Positions 28,199 to 37,391 of a DNA stretch of 64,000 nt are shown piece by piece. The notes under the pieces are model-generated. The model did not search any database. It worked only from the letters and a program-made list of their open reading frames with translations, and was not told where the DNA came from. The DNA lies in contig SHWC01000006.1 in NCBI GenBank assembly GCA_009691045.1, forward strand, positions 1,912-65,911, in the 5' to 3' direction. Origin of the DNA: Alphaproteobacteria bacterium (GTDB taxonomy: Bacteria > Pseudomonadota > Alphaproteobacteria > UBA828). How positions within the stretch are numbered: the first letter of the stretch is position 1; every line of letters begins with the position of its first letter. Both the position numbers and the translations under genes were made by a program.

Positions 28199-29048
28199 GT
28201 GACCGGATTGTTCCAGCATTTTGGCGACACCGACGCGCTTCAACAGCCCTTCGACTTGGCGGTGGTCATGCCGACGGTGCTCCGCCCCTCGCTGATGCGC
28301 GCGGTTCGTTCGATCATCGATCAAGATTTTGACGGCCGCGTGCAAACCCTGATCGGCATCGACAAGCGAGAGACGTCGCTCGAACCGGTGACGACCGCGC
28401 TTACCCATTTGCCGCCGCGCCACGTCATCAGCCTGTTCGATCCTGGCTATTCGACCTCGGTCCGCCATGGCGGCCTACATTTGGCTCAAGATGGCGGCGC
28501 TCTGCGTTGCATGCTGACCTATCTCGCCAATGCCCGCTATGTGGCCTATCTCGACGACGATAATTGGCGGGCGCCCGATCATTTGAGGCGCATGCGCGCG
28601 GCGATCGAGGGCAAGGCCTGGGCTTTCGGGTTTCGCTGCTTCACCCATCCCGAGACGCAACGGCCCGTTGCGATCGACGATTGGGAATCGGTTGGCCCCG
28701 GGCCGAGGCGGCTATGCCAAGCCGTTGGGCGGCTGGGTCGACCCGAACTGCCTGATGATCGATAAATTGGCTTGCGAGCGGGTCATTCGGCGCTGGGCCT
28801 TGCCGCTCCCAAAGGATCGCAAGGGCATGTCGGCGGATCGCAATGTGTTCAGCGCGCTGCGCCGCTACAAATGGGGCGAGAGCCGCGCCGTGACGGTGTT
28901 TTATCAGCTCAATCCGAAGGATGGCCTGCACGCGCACCGCATGACGCGGTTCAAGGAGGCCTATGAGCAAGCCGGCCGGTTGGATGCGCCGCTGCCGCGT
29001 CTCGATTCGGCCAGCATCTATGAGCCCGCCCCAACCGATCGAAAATAG
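28199..29048 (+). pseudogene. GT2-like glycosyltransferase interrupted by a +1 frameshift near 28694-28706
   Basis: ORF 28199..28765 (DLAVVMPTVLRPS..., DXD-type YLDDDNW) continues in sense in ORF 28668..29048. That is, ...DDWESVGPG is followed by RGGYAKPLGGWVDPNCLMIDK... The frame switch falls in the GGCCCCGGGCC run. Confidence 0.6.
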
Positions 29049-29208
29049 CTGATCGTGCGCTCGAGGCCTTGAGCGAGCGCAGATTTCGAGTCCTCCCATT
29101 TTTTTGACGGCTTGTCGGCGTCACAAGATGCGGCGGCCCGAGATCTATCGATTTTCGGCGCCGTGCCTTACTTGAAGGGCCGTCGTTAGGGTATTCGTAG
29201 TTAAGCGA

Positions 29209-29937
29209 TTGACTCTTATGGGCTCACGCTACATGACCAGCGATATCACCAGTGAAGAGGCAGCAAGGCGGCACGGTATAACAACCCGTCATCAGATCAT
29301 GGAGAATGGAGAGTTTCGTTTTCGGTTGCTGAAGAACGATGGAACTGCCTACCTCCGAACTGAGGCCTCATCAACAGGGGCTTGGCAGAATAGCCATTAT
29401 CATAAGCGCCTGCGGGAAACATTTATTGTCCAGCACGGATGGATCGCCTATGCCATTTTCGAGAATGGAAGCGCAAGAATTACGATATTTCAAGGGGGGA
29501 AGATATTTACGACCCAGCCGGGATTAATACACAATATATACATGCCGAAGGATGCAGTAATACATACCGTAAAACACGGGACGGGTGACGACAATGATCG
29601 AGTTGAGGACGATAAAACACGTGATTTTGATAAGATTATTACCCGCGTTTCTGAAATAAATATCTATAATTACAATAATGAAAATACTTTACCAGTGTCA
29701 TTAAAGAAAATAAACGTATATACTGAAGAATATCGTCATTTTGACAAACTAATATGGCAAGTTTCCGCTTGGGGAACGGCAATATTTGCAGTCACTGCTG
29801 TTGGCGCCAATTCAATACGTACTGATAATTTCCTCGTTTCTGGAACGGGCCTCCCTGTAAACAGTATTTCCGCTGGCTTTCTCGGTCTTATGTTTTTAGT
29901 TATATTAGAATTATCTGACGAATTACATAGATTTTGA
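29209..29937 (+). CDS. Hypothetical protein: N-terminal metal-binding cupin domain fused to a C-terminal 2-TM segment (encoded on a low-GC insert)
   Basis: GAWQNSHYHKRLRETFIVQHG fits cupin motif 1, G-x5-H-x-H-x4-E-x6-G, exactly, and QPGLIHNIY resembles motif 2. The C-terminus has hydrophobic helices IWQVSAWGTAIFAVTAVGA and ISAGFLGLMFLVILEL. Codon usage is AT-rich, unlike the flanking genes. The start is uncertain (TTG 29209, ATG 29218 or ATG 29233). Confidence 0.6.
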   Translation: MTLMGSRYMTSDITSEEAARRHGITTRHQIMENGEFRFRLLKNDGTAYLRTEASSTGAWQNSHYHKRLRETFIVQHGWIAYAIFENGSARITIFQGGKIFTTQPGLIHNIYMPKDAVIHTVKHGTGDDNDRVEDDKTRDFDKIITRVSEINIYNYNNENTLPVSLKKINVYTEEYRHFDKLIWQVSAWGTAIFAVTAVGANSIRTDNFLVSGTGLPVNSISAGFLGLMFLVILELSDELHRF

Positions 29938-29994
29938 ATAAATCAATCACCGTTGAGGCGCCGCTCAAACACCCCCGTTTGGAAATCCGCGTCG

Positions 29995-30168
29995 ATGTAT
30001 CTTCAATTGGTTGTTACGGTAGAAGCATTTTCTCTATTCTTTTTATTTTTAATACTCATAGGTTCGCCGCTAATTTTGTCCGGTGTGTTTTGCATTCTTC
30101 TTGTGGCCGTAACAACTATCCTCAGAGAGTCGGCAGTTAGAAAGCTCAGATCGCAGCAGAACGTGTGA
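29995..30168 (+). CDS. Small hypothetical 2-TM membrane protein (low-GC insert)
   Basis: MYLQLVVTVEAFSLFFLFLILIGSPLILSGVFCILLVAVTTILRESAVRKLRSQQNV. The ORF-track entry 29953..30168 was trimmed to ATG 29995. It may instead be a frame-shifted continuation of the upstream membrane domain. Confidence 0.35.
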   Translation: MYLQLVVTVEAFSLFFLFLILIGSPLILSGVFCILLVAVTTILRESAVRKLRSQQNV

Positions 30169-30169
30169 G

Positions 30170-30228
30170 ATCCGGTGCGGGCCGATAAAGCCGGCCCCGC
30201 CGGTGACCAAAACGCGCTTGCGCGCCAT
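30170..30228 (-). pseudogene. 5' remnant of an NAD-dependent epimerase/dehydratase gene, truncated after ~16-19 codons
   Basis: The reverse strand from ATG 30228 reads MARKRVLVTGGAGFIG, a Rossmann GxxGxxG N-terminus. It then runs into antisense low-GC sequence with no further similarity. The ATG overlaps the gmk stop (ATGA). Confidence 0.6.
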
Positions 30229-30857
30229 CAATTGGGTCCCAAAAGCTTCGCCACAAAAGATACCAGCCAAAGCTGGCGCGTGCGTTTCAGACGCTCGGCC
30301 GAGAGAATGCTTTTGACCTCGACCAACGCTTGCTCGAGATCGTTGTTCACCAGCACATAATCATATTCGTCGTAATGGCTCACCTCATCGACCGCCTTGG
30401 CCATGCGGGTGATGACGACTTTCTCGCTATCCTTGGCGCGCCGGCGCAGACGATCGTGCAGCTCGGTCATCGAGGGCGGCAGAATGAAGACGCTCACAAT
30501 GTGATTGGGCAAGCGGCCGCGCACTTGTTTGGCGCCTTGCCAATCGATGTCGAACACCATGTCGCGGCCGTCTTCAAGCGCTTGCTCGACCGGCGCCAAG
30601 GGCGTGCCATACCAATGCTCGAACACTTGGGCGTATTCGAGCAAAGCGTGCGTCGCGATCAAGTCGTCGAACGCGCGCTTGTCGATGAAATGATAGTCGC
30701 GCCCATCGACCTCGCCATCGCGCGGCGGGCGCGTCGTTACCGACACCGACATCGAGAGGCTTGGATCATCGGCCAGCAAGCGACGCGTGATGGTTGTTTT
30801 GCCCGCGCCCGATGGCGAGGACAGCACGAAGAGAAGGCCGCGTCGCGTCGTATTCAT
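30228..30857 (-). CDS. gmk: Guanylate kinase
   Basis: 209 aa with P-loop SSPSGAGKTT and YHFIDKRAFD. Confidence 0.95.
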   Translation of the reverse strand: MNTTRRGLLFVLSSPSGAGKTTITRRLLADDPSLSMSVSVTTRPPRDGEVDGRDYHFIDKRAFDDLIATHALLEYAQVFEHWYGTPLAPVEQALEDGRDMVFDIDWQGAKQVRGRLPNHIVSVFILPPSMTELHDRLRRRAKDSEKVVITRMAKAVDEVSHYDEYDYVLVNNDLEQALVEVKSILSAERLKRTRQLWLVSFVAKLLGPN

Positions 30858-30871
30858 ATTGAGCCCAAATC

Positions 30872-31759
30872 CTATTCGATATTCTGCACCTGTTCGCGGA
30901 ACTGATCGATCATCGCCTTGAGCTCAAGCCCATGAGCCGTGAGCGCCGGATCGCCAGCCTTCGAACAGAGCGTGTTGGCCTCGCGATTGAACTCCTGCGC
31001 CAGAAAATCGAGCCGCCGGCCGACCGGCCCGCCGGTCTCGATCAACTTCCGCGCGGCATCAATATGTACCTTCAGGCGATCGATCTCCTCCCGCACGTCG
31101 AGCTTGACGACCAGAAGAGCAAGCTCTTGCGCGAGCCGCTCTTCAGGCAGAGGCGCGCCGGCCTCGAGCAAGGCACTGACTTGAGCCCTGAGCCGCTCGC
31201 GCACGGCCTCGGTGCGTTGCACGGCGCTCGCTTCGGCGCGCGCGACCAGATCGGCGATGGTGCCGAGCGCGGTCCCGAGTATTTTGGCCAGCGCGGCCCC
31301 CTCCGCCCGGCGGGCGGCGACAAGCGCCTTCAATGCCTCGCCGAACGAGGCGCGCATGGCGGCATGGCGCGCTTCCCGCGCAACCTCGTCATCCTCAGGC
31401 TCGATGCTTTCGATTATGCCCTTGAGCGCGAGCAAGCCATCGAGCCTGGCGGGCGCCACGCCTTCGATCGGTCCGAGTTCGCGCACAAGTGCCAGCACCG
31501 CATCGAGCGCCTGGCGATTGAGGCGGATCGGCGCGACGCCGCTCGTTGGCGTCATTTGCACGAGCACGCTCAAATTGCCGCGATTGATGACCTCGGCCGC
31601 CGCGGCGCGCAGGCCCGGCTCAAGCGCATCGAGACCGGTCGGTAGACGACAGCGCACATCCAAGGCGCGGCCATTGACGCATTTCAATTCGATGGTCCAG
31701 GCAGCGCGCGCGTCCTGGCCGCTGGCGCGGGCGAAACCGGTCATGCTGGCAATCGACAT
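30872..31759 (-). CDS. yicC: YicC-family stress-induced protein
   Basis: ORF trimmed to ATG 31759 (MSIASMTGFARASGQ...). The C-terminal DUF1732-like region is FLAQEFNREANTLCSKA. Confidence 0.85.
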   Translation of the reverse strand: MSIASMTGFARASGQDARAAWTIELKCVNGRALDVRCRLPTGLDALEPGLRAAAAEVINRGNLSVLVQMTPTSGVAPIRLNRQALDAVLALVRELGPIEGVAPARLDGLLALKGIIESIEPEDDEVAREARHAAMRASFGEALKALVAARRAEGAALAKILGTALGTIADLVARAEASAVQRTEAVRERLRAQVSALLEAGAPLPEERLAQELALLVVKLDVREEIDRLKVHIDAARKLIETGGPVGRRLDFLAQEFNREANTLCSKAGDPALTAHGLELKAMIDQFREQVQNIE

Positions 31760-31848
31760 ACGAAATGGTGATCCCTTCCAGGTCATGTGGCGCGTGCGGT
31801 CGAGCGGGACTATATACGTGTGCCAACCGCCCTCCAACCGATCGTCCC

Positions 31849-32625
31849 ATGGCCCGATTGTCGCCTCAAAGCATTCTGATCACCGGGGCCTCAAGCGGCA
31901 TCGGCGCGGCCCTTGCCTTGGCCCACGCTGGGCCCGGTATTCGCCTGGTTCTGACCGGGCGCGACGGGGCGCGGCTCAATGCGGTCGCCGCGCAAAGCCG
32001 GGAGCAAGGGGCCGAGGTGGTCGATCGAATTGTCGATGTCGCGGATCGCCACGCGATGGGTACGTTAATTGGAAATTTGGATGCCGCGCGGCCCTTCGAT
32101 CTCGTCTACGCCAATGCGGGAATCGGGCCAAGCACGACGGAGGGCGGTGGGCGGGCCGATGACGACGCCGTGATCAGACGGGTCTTCGCGGTCAATCTGG
32201 ATGGTGTCCTTAACACCGTCTTACCGGTTGCCGCGTTGATGAAGGCGCGCCGGCGCGGCCAGATCGCGCTGATGAGTTCACTTGCGGCCTATACGCCGCT
32301 GCCGGGCATCGCGGGTTATGCCGCGACCAAGGCCGCGGTGAAGAGTTTTGGCGAGGGTTTGCGCGCCGAACTCCGACCCCATGGCGTCGGGGTCACGGTG
32401 ATCTGCCCGGGCTATGTGCGCTCACGGCTGACCGCCAATGGTCCCAAAATAATGCCGTTCGTTCTCGAAGCCGATGCAGCGGCGAACCTGATTGCACGGC
32501 GCCTGGCACGCGACCCCGCGATCATCGCCTTCCCCTGGCCACTCCATCTTGTGACATGGATGATCGGCGCACTGCCGGCCGCGCTGCGTCAACCTTTGCT
32601 CGGCCTCGCCGTGCCGAAGGATTAG
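31849..32625 (+). CDS. SDR-family oxidoreductase
   Basis: ORF trimmed to ATG 31849. Contains ITGASSGIGAALA and YAATKAAV (YxxxK). Confidence 0.85.
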   Translation: MARLSPQSILITGASSGIGAALALAHAGPGIRLVLTGRDGARLNAVAAQSREQGAEVVDRIVDVADRHAMGTLIGNLDAARPFDLVYANAGIGPSTTEGGGRADDDAVIRRVFAVNLDGVLNTVLPVAALMKARRRGQIALMSSLAAYTPLPGIAGYAATKAAVKSFGEGLRAELRPHGVGVTVICPGYVRSRLTANGPKIMPFVLEADAAANLIARRLARDPAIIAFPWPLHLVTWMIGALPAALRQPLLGLAVPKD

Positions 32626-32629
32626 CGGG

Positions 32630-33613
32630 TTAATCCGATGCGCGGTTGATCTTGCGCCAGCGCCTTACGTTCTTGTTGTGCTCATCGAGAGTCTTGGCAA
32701 AGACGTGGCCGCCTTTGCCGTCGGCAACGAAATAGAGCGCATCGGTCTTGCCGGGGTTGAGCGCCGCCTCGATCGAGGCGCGACCCGGATTGGCGATTGG
32801 GGTCGGCGGCAGGCCCTTTGTCACATAGGTGTTGTAGGGGCTGTCGCCCTTGAGATCATCGCGCGTCAAGGCGCGATCGAGCGGCTCCTTGCCTTCGGTC
32901 AGCGCATAAATCACGGTCGGGTCGGATTGCAACGGCATGCCGATTTTCATTCGATTGAAAAATACGCGCGCGACCAACGGCCGTTCTGCTGCGAGCGGCG
33001 TCTCGCGCTCGATAATCGAGGCCAGCACAAGGGCCTGCTCAGGGTTTTCGAGCGGCAGGCCCGGCGCGCGTTTGGGCCAAAGCTCCTTGAGCACTTTCGC
33101 CATGCCATCGCGCATGCGCTTGAGAATCGTATCGCGCGGATCGCCATAGCCATAGTGATAGGTCTCGGGCAAGAGCGAGCCTTCCTCGGCCGCCACCGTG
33201 ATCTCGCCCGAGAAGCTACTTGAAATCTTGAGCTGCTCGATGATTTCGGTCGATGTCATGCCCTCGGCGAATGTCATCTTCCGAACGACCGTCTCGCCCT
33301 TGGCCAGCTTTTTCGCAACGCCTTCTTCGCTGATGTGGGCGGGTAATTCATATTCGCCGGGCTTGAGCGCATCGGATTTGCCGGAAAGCCAAATGCCGAT
33401 CAAGAACATCCGCTCGCTCGCAATCACGCCTTCTTGGGCGAGCTTTGCGGCGATCGCACGCGCACTGCTGCCGGGCTCCAGCGTGACGGTGCGCGGTCTG
33501 GTCAGTGGCCCCGCGCCCTCATAGCTGCCCATGACAAACGCAAAGGCCGCGGCAACCAAAATGATCGCAATCAGAAGGAGGGTTAGCGGCCGGAGGGATA
33601 GGAGGCGGCGCAC
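32630..33613 (-). CDS. mltG: Endolytic murein transglycosylase MltG (YceG-like)
   Basis: 327 aa with an N-terminal TM anchor and YceG motifs (LASIIERET, LQSDPTVIY). Confidence 0.9.
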   Translation of the reverse strand: MRRLLSLRPLTLLLIAIILVAAAFAFVMGSYEGAGPLTRPRTVTLEPGSSARAIAAKLAQEGVIASERMFLIGIWLSGKSDALKPGEYELPAHISEEGVAKKLAKGETVVRKMTFAEGMTSTEIIEQLKISSSFSGEITVAAEEGSLLPETYHYGYGDPRDTILKRMRDGMAKVLKELWPKRAPGLPLENPEQALVLASIIERETPLAAERPLVARVFFNRMKIGMPLQSDPTVIYALTEGKEPLDRALTRDDLKGDSPYNTYVTKGLPPTPIANPGRASIEAALNPGKTDALYFVADGKGGHVFAKTLDEHNKNVRRWRKINRASD

Positions 33614-33634
33614 CGCGATCCGGTCTCGATCGGC

Positions 33635-34894
33635 TCAGTTCAACGCGCCGACGATTACCGACGCGTTGGTGCCGCCAAACCCGAAGGAATTGGACAGCGC
33701 AATGCGTACTGGCCGCTCTTTAGCCTGGTGCGGCACAAGATCGAGGTCGCAGCCCTCGGAGGGCTTGTCGAGGTTGAGTGTCGGCGGCACGACCCCATGA
33801 TTGATCGCCAGAATCGAAAAAATGATTTCGACACTGCCGGCCGCACCGAGGAGGTGACCGATCGACGATTTGGTCGACGACATCGACATGTTGTAAGCGG
33901 CGTTGCCGAACAGGCGTTTGACCGCAGCGAGCTCGATTTCATCGCCCAGCGGCGTCGAGGTGCCGTGCGCGTTGACATAGTCGATATCGGAGGGGCTGAG
34001 CCCAGCGCTCTTGAGCGCCGCGCGCATCGCGCGAAACCCGCCATCGCCATCGGGCGACGGCGCCGTGACGTGATAGGCATCGCCCGACAAGCCATAGCCA
34101 AGAACTTCGGCGTAAATATGAGCGCCGCGCTGCTTGGCGTGCTCAAGCTCTTCGAGCACGACAATGCCCGCGCCTTCGCCCATGACGAAGCCATCGCGGT
34201 CTTGGTCCCAGGGGCGGGACGCACGCGTCGGCTCGTCGTTGAATTTGGTCGACAGCGCCCGTGCCGCGGAGAACCCGGCAACGCCCAAGCGGCAAACGCC
34301 GGCTTCCGCGCCGCCCGCCACCATGACATCGGCATCGCCGAGCTTGATCAACCGGGTCGCATCGCCGATCGCATGCGCGCCGGTCGAGCAGGCGGTGACC
34401 ACCGCGTGATTGGGGCCCTTGAAGCCATAGCGGATCGAGACATGGCCCGAGGCGAGATTGATCAGGCAGGCCGGAATGAAAAAGGGCGAGAGTTTTCGCG
34501 GGCCCTTCTCATGCACCAGGATGGCGTTTTCCTCCATGGTGCGGAGGCCGCCAATGCCGGAGCCGATCATGACGCCGGTGCGCTCGCGGCCCTCGTCGTC
34601 CTCCGGCTTCCAACCCGAATCCTCAACCGCCTGCACCGCTGCGGCCAGCCCATAGATGATGAAATCATCCATCCGGCGTTGGTCTTTCGGCGGGACCCAT
34701 TCATCGGGGCGGAATTCGTGGGCGCCAGGTCCGCGCGGAATCTGCCCGGCGATCTTCGCCGGCAGATCATCGATCCTAAAGATATCGATGCGCCGAACGC
34801 CGGATTCGGCATTGAGCAGCCGCTCCCAGGTCGGCTTCACGCCGCAGGCGAGCGGCGTGACCAAGCCAAGCCCGGTGACAACGACCCGCCTCAT
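33635..34894 (-). CDS. fabF: Beta-ketoacyl-ACP synthase II
   Basis: ORF trimmed to ATG 34894 (MRRVVVTGLG...). The active-site Cys lies in VVTACSTGAH, and the His-His pair lies in YVNAHGTSTP / STKSSIGHLLG. Confidence 0.95.
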   Translation of the reverse strand: MRRVVVTGLGLVTPLACGVKPTWERLLNAESGVRRIDIFRIDDLPAKIAGQIPRGPGAHEFRPDEWVPPKDQRRMDDFIIYGLAAAVQAVEDSGWKPEDDEGRERTGVMIGSGIGGLRTMEENAILVHEKGPRKLSPFFIPACLINLASGHVSIRYGFKGPNHAVVTACSTGAHAIGDATRLIKLGDADVMVAGGAEAGVCRLGVAGFSAARALSTKFNDEPTRASRPWDQDRDGFVMGEGAGIVVLEELEHAKQRGAHIYAEVLGYGLSGDAYHVTAPSPDGDGGFRAMRAALKSAGLSPSDIDYVNAHGTSTPLGDEIELAAVKRLFGNAAYNMSMSSTKSSIGHLLGAAGSVEIIFSILAINHGVVPPTLNLDKPSEGCDLDLVPHQAKERPVRIALSNSFGFGGTNASVIVGALN

Positions 34895-34973
34895 GGCTGG
34901 CCCACTTGCCATACCGATACAAACCTGCTGGCCATTGAAATCCGAAGCATCACCTTCGGCGTTCCCCCGGCCC

Positions 34974-35213
34974 TCAGGTAATTTGCTCGATATAGTTGAT
35001 GGCGTCTTTCACGGTCAGGATCTTCTCCGCCGCGTCGTCCGGAATTTCGCAACCGAACTCCTCCTCGAACGCCATCACCAGCTCGACCGTGTCGAGGCTG
35101 TCAGCGCCGAGGTCGTCGATAAAGCTGGCGTTCTCGGTGACCTTGGCCTCATCCACGCCCAAATGCTGGACGACGATCTTTTTCACGCGCGCGCCAATAT
35201 CATTCTCAGCCAT
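34974..35213 (-). CDS. acpP: Acyl carrier protein
   Basis: 79 aa with the [13 protein letters not shown] phosphopantetheine-attachment motif. Confidence 0.97.
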   Translation of the reverse strand: MAENDIGARVKKIVVQHLGVDEAKVTENASFIDDLGADSLDTVELVMAFEEEFGCEIPDDAAEKILTVKDAINYIEQIT

Positions 35214-35406
35214 CGATCCACCTTCTGGACATCACGATTTCGAAGACTCGCTAACGGCCCACAGCCCTTACCGCTATGGCCGGGCCACGCTATTGCGTCG
35301 CCTCATTCGTTACTATGCGCCCCCACACCGCGGCAAGGGCGCACGCTGGGCCATCTTTTAGCATGACTCCCGGCGCTTACAAGTCGGCCATCCAGGCCCG
35401 GCCGGG

Positions 35407-36144
35407 TCAAAACATCGCCATGCCGCCATTTATATGCAGGGTTTGACCTGTCACATAGCCCGCCTCGGCGCTGGCCAGATAGACGCAGGCCGCCGCGACA
35501 TCCGCGCCGGCGCCGAATCGACCGGATGGAATGGCCTGCATCAGGCGCTCGCGCTGGGTTTCGTTCAGGGCGTCGGTCATCGCCGTGGTGATGAAACCGG
35601 GCGCGACGCAATTGACCGTGATATTGCGCGAGGCGACCTCGGCCGCCAGTGCCTTGGCGAGCCCGGTCAACCCAGCCTTGGCCGCGGCATAGTTCGCCTG
35701 GCCGGGATTGCCGGTCGCGCCCACGATCGAGGTGATGAAAATGATCCGGCCATAGCGGCGCTTCATCATCTCGCGCAGCGCCGCCCGCGCCAGGCGGAAC
35801 CCGGCGCTCAGATTGACATCGATGACCCGCTGCCAGTCCTCGTCCTTCATACGAAGCGCGAGGCCATCGCGGGTCAAGCCGGCGCAATGGACCAAAAGAT
35901 CAACCGTACCAATCGCTTGGGCGGCACGACCGGGCAGCGCGTCAACCTCGGCAGGCTGCGCCAGATCGCACGGCACGCAAAAGGCGCGCTCCTTGAGCTC
36001 GGCCCGAACAGCCTCGAGCGCCTCGGCGCGCGTGCCGGAGAGCGCAATGGTCGCGCCTTGGGCGTGCAATGCGCGCGCGATATCGCCGCCAATGCCGCCC
36101 GACGCCCCCGTGACCAATGCGCCCTTGCCAGAAAGATCGAACAT
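35407..36144 (-). CDS. fabG: 3-oxoacyl-ACP reductase
   Basis: 245-aa SDR with TGASGGIGGDIA and YAAAKAG, located between fabD and acpP. Confidence 0.93.
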   Translation of the reverse strand: MFDLSGKGALVTGASGGIGGDIARALHAQGATIALSGTRAEALEAVRAELKERAFCVPCDLAQPAEVDALPGRAAQAIGTVDLLVHCAGLTRDGLALRMKDEDWQRVIDVNLSAGFRLARAALREMMKRRYGRIIFITSIVGATGNPGQANYAAAKAGLTGLAKALAAEVASRNITVNCVAPGFITTAMTDALNETQRERLMQAIPSGRFGAGADVAAACVYLASAEAGYVTGQTLHINGGMAMF

Positions 36145-36149
36145 GAGAC

Positions 36150-37106
36150 CTACAGCGTTTTAAGGAATGCCTCGATTTCGGCCGGCAAGAGCACGGATTG
36201 AGTCGCAATATCGCGGTCAATGCGCTTGATCAGGCCGGCGAGTACCTTGCCAGCGCCGATTTCGACCATGGTGTCGATGCCCGCTTCCTTCATCGCCATG
36301 ACGCTTTCGCGCCAGCGCACCATGGCGGTGACCTGCTCGACCAATAATTCGCGGGTCCGGGTCGGCTCATGGACCGGCTGGGCCGTCAGATTGGCGTAGT
36401 GCGGGACGAGGGCTGGGGCGAACTCCGTTTTTTCAAGCGCCTTGGCCATGACCTCCGCGGCCGGTTTCATGAGCGCACAGTGGAAGGGCGCCGAGACCGG
36501 CAGCAAAATGGCCCGGCGGATGCCCCGATCGACGGCCAATTTCACTGCGCGTTCGATCGCGGCCTTGTGGCCGGAGAGCACGATTTGGCCGGGCGCGTTG
36601 TCATTGGCGACATCGCACACCTCGCCTGCGGCGCCCCCTTCACCCTTGGCAGCGGCAGCGGCGATTTCACGTGCTTGGTCGAGCTCGGCCCCCAACAGCG
36701 CGGCCATGGCCCCTTCGCCGACCGGCACGGCCTGTTGCATGGCCAGGCCGCGTTGGCGCAAGAGGCGCGCGGTATCGCCAACCGCGATACTGCCCGAGGC
36801 CGCGAGCGCCGAATACTCGCCCAAGGAATGGCCGGCCACGAAGCTGACATGCTGGCCGAATTTGAGCCCGCCTTCGGCCTCGAGCACGCGCACCACGGCG
36901 AGCGAGACCGCCATCAGCGCCGGTTGGGCGTTTTCAGTCAAAACAAGGTCGGCCTCTGGCCCCTCGAAAATGAGGCGCGACAGGCGATCGGACAGCGCGT
37001 CATCAACCTCTTGAAAGAGGTGGCGCGCGGCCGGAAAAGCGGCGGCAAGCTCGCGTCCCATGCCGACGGCCTGGGACCCTTGCCCTGGAAATACGAACGC
37101 CCGCAT
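36150..37106 (-). CDS. fabD: Malonyl-CoA:ACP transacylase
   Basis: 318 aa with FPGQGSQ and the active-site motif GHSLGEYSAL. Confidence 0.95.
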   Translation of the reverse strand: MRAFVFPGQGSQAVGMGRELAAAFPAARHLFQEVDDALSDRLSRLIFEGPEADLVLTENAQPALMAVSLAVVRVLEAEGGLKFGQHVSFVAGHSLGEYSALAASGSIAVGDTARLLRQRGLAMQQAVPVGEGAMAALLGAELDQAREIAAAAAKGEGGAAGEVCDVANDNAPGQIVLSGHKAAIERAVKLAVDRGIRRAILLPVSAPFHCALMKPAAEVMAKALEKTEFAPALVPHYANLTAQPVHEPTRTRELLVEQVTAMVRWRESVMAMKEAGIDTMVEIGAGKVLAGLIKRIDRDIATQSVLLPAEIEAFLKTL

Positions 37107-37391
37107 GGGTGTTTGACTAACTCCGCCGTGGCGCGAGGGCGACTTGATTGGGGCGTCACACTCCGCACGAGACTGGGACCTGTCAAGCGGCCTTAGGGTT
37201 GTGGGTCGGTTTGACCGGCCGACCTATCGAGCGGCCCTTTCATGATAAGGTCAACCGGACCCCACGGCCGGCCTTGCACCCCTTTTGCGATCCTGTATAG
37301 TGCGCGGCCTTGTAGCCGCCGGATAAATTGGCCGTGCGGCGCTGATGGTGTTTCACCTCAGACGATCGATTTTGGACGGAGTTTTGCGCCG

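Noticed and set aside
29339-29527. Alternative-frame 62-aa ORF inside the cupin gene, and 29934..30140 overlapping the small TM ORF
   Set aside because: They are nested in better-supported frames, have no features of their own, and are likely chance ORFs.
31212-32162. 316-aa Ser/Ala/Arg-rich ORF overlapping yicC (antisense) and the SDR gene 5' end
   Set aside because: It has no motifs, and both overlapped genes have clear family signatures.
33728-34981. 417-aa ORF antisense to fabF/acpP
   Set aside because: Same reasoning: a low-complexity Arg/Ala-rich translation opposite two unambiguous genes.
37107-37391. Possible S6:S18-binding rpsF leader RNA
   Set aside because: The 285-nt gap is also the divergent fabD/rpsF promoter region, and I cannot verify the covariation-defined motif by eye. 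A cmsearch with the Rfam rpsF-leader model would decide.
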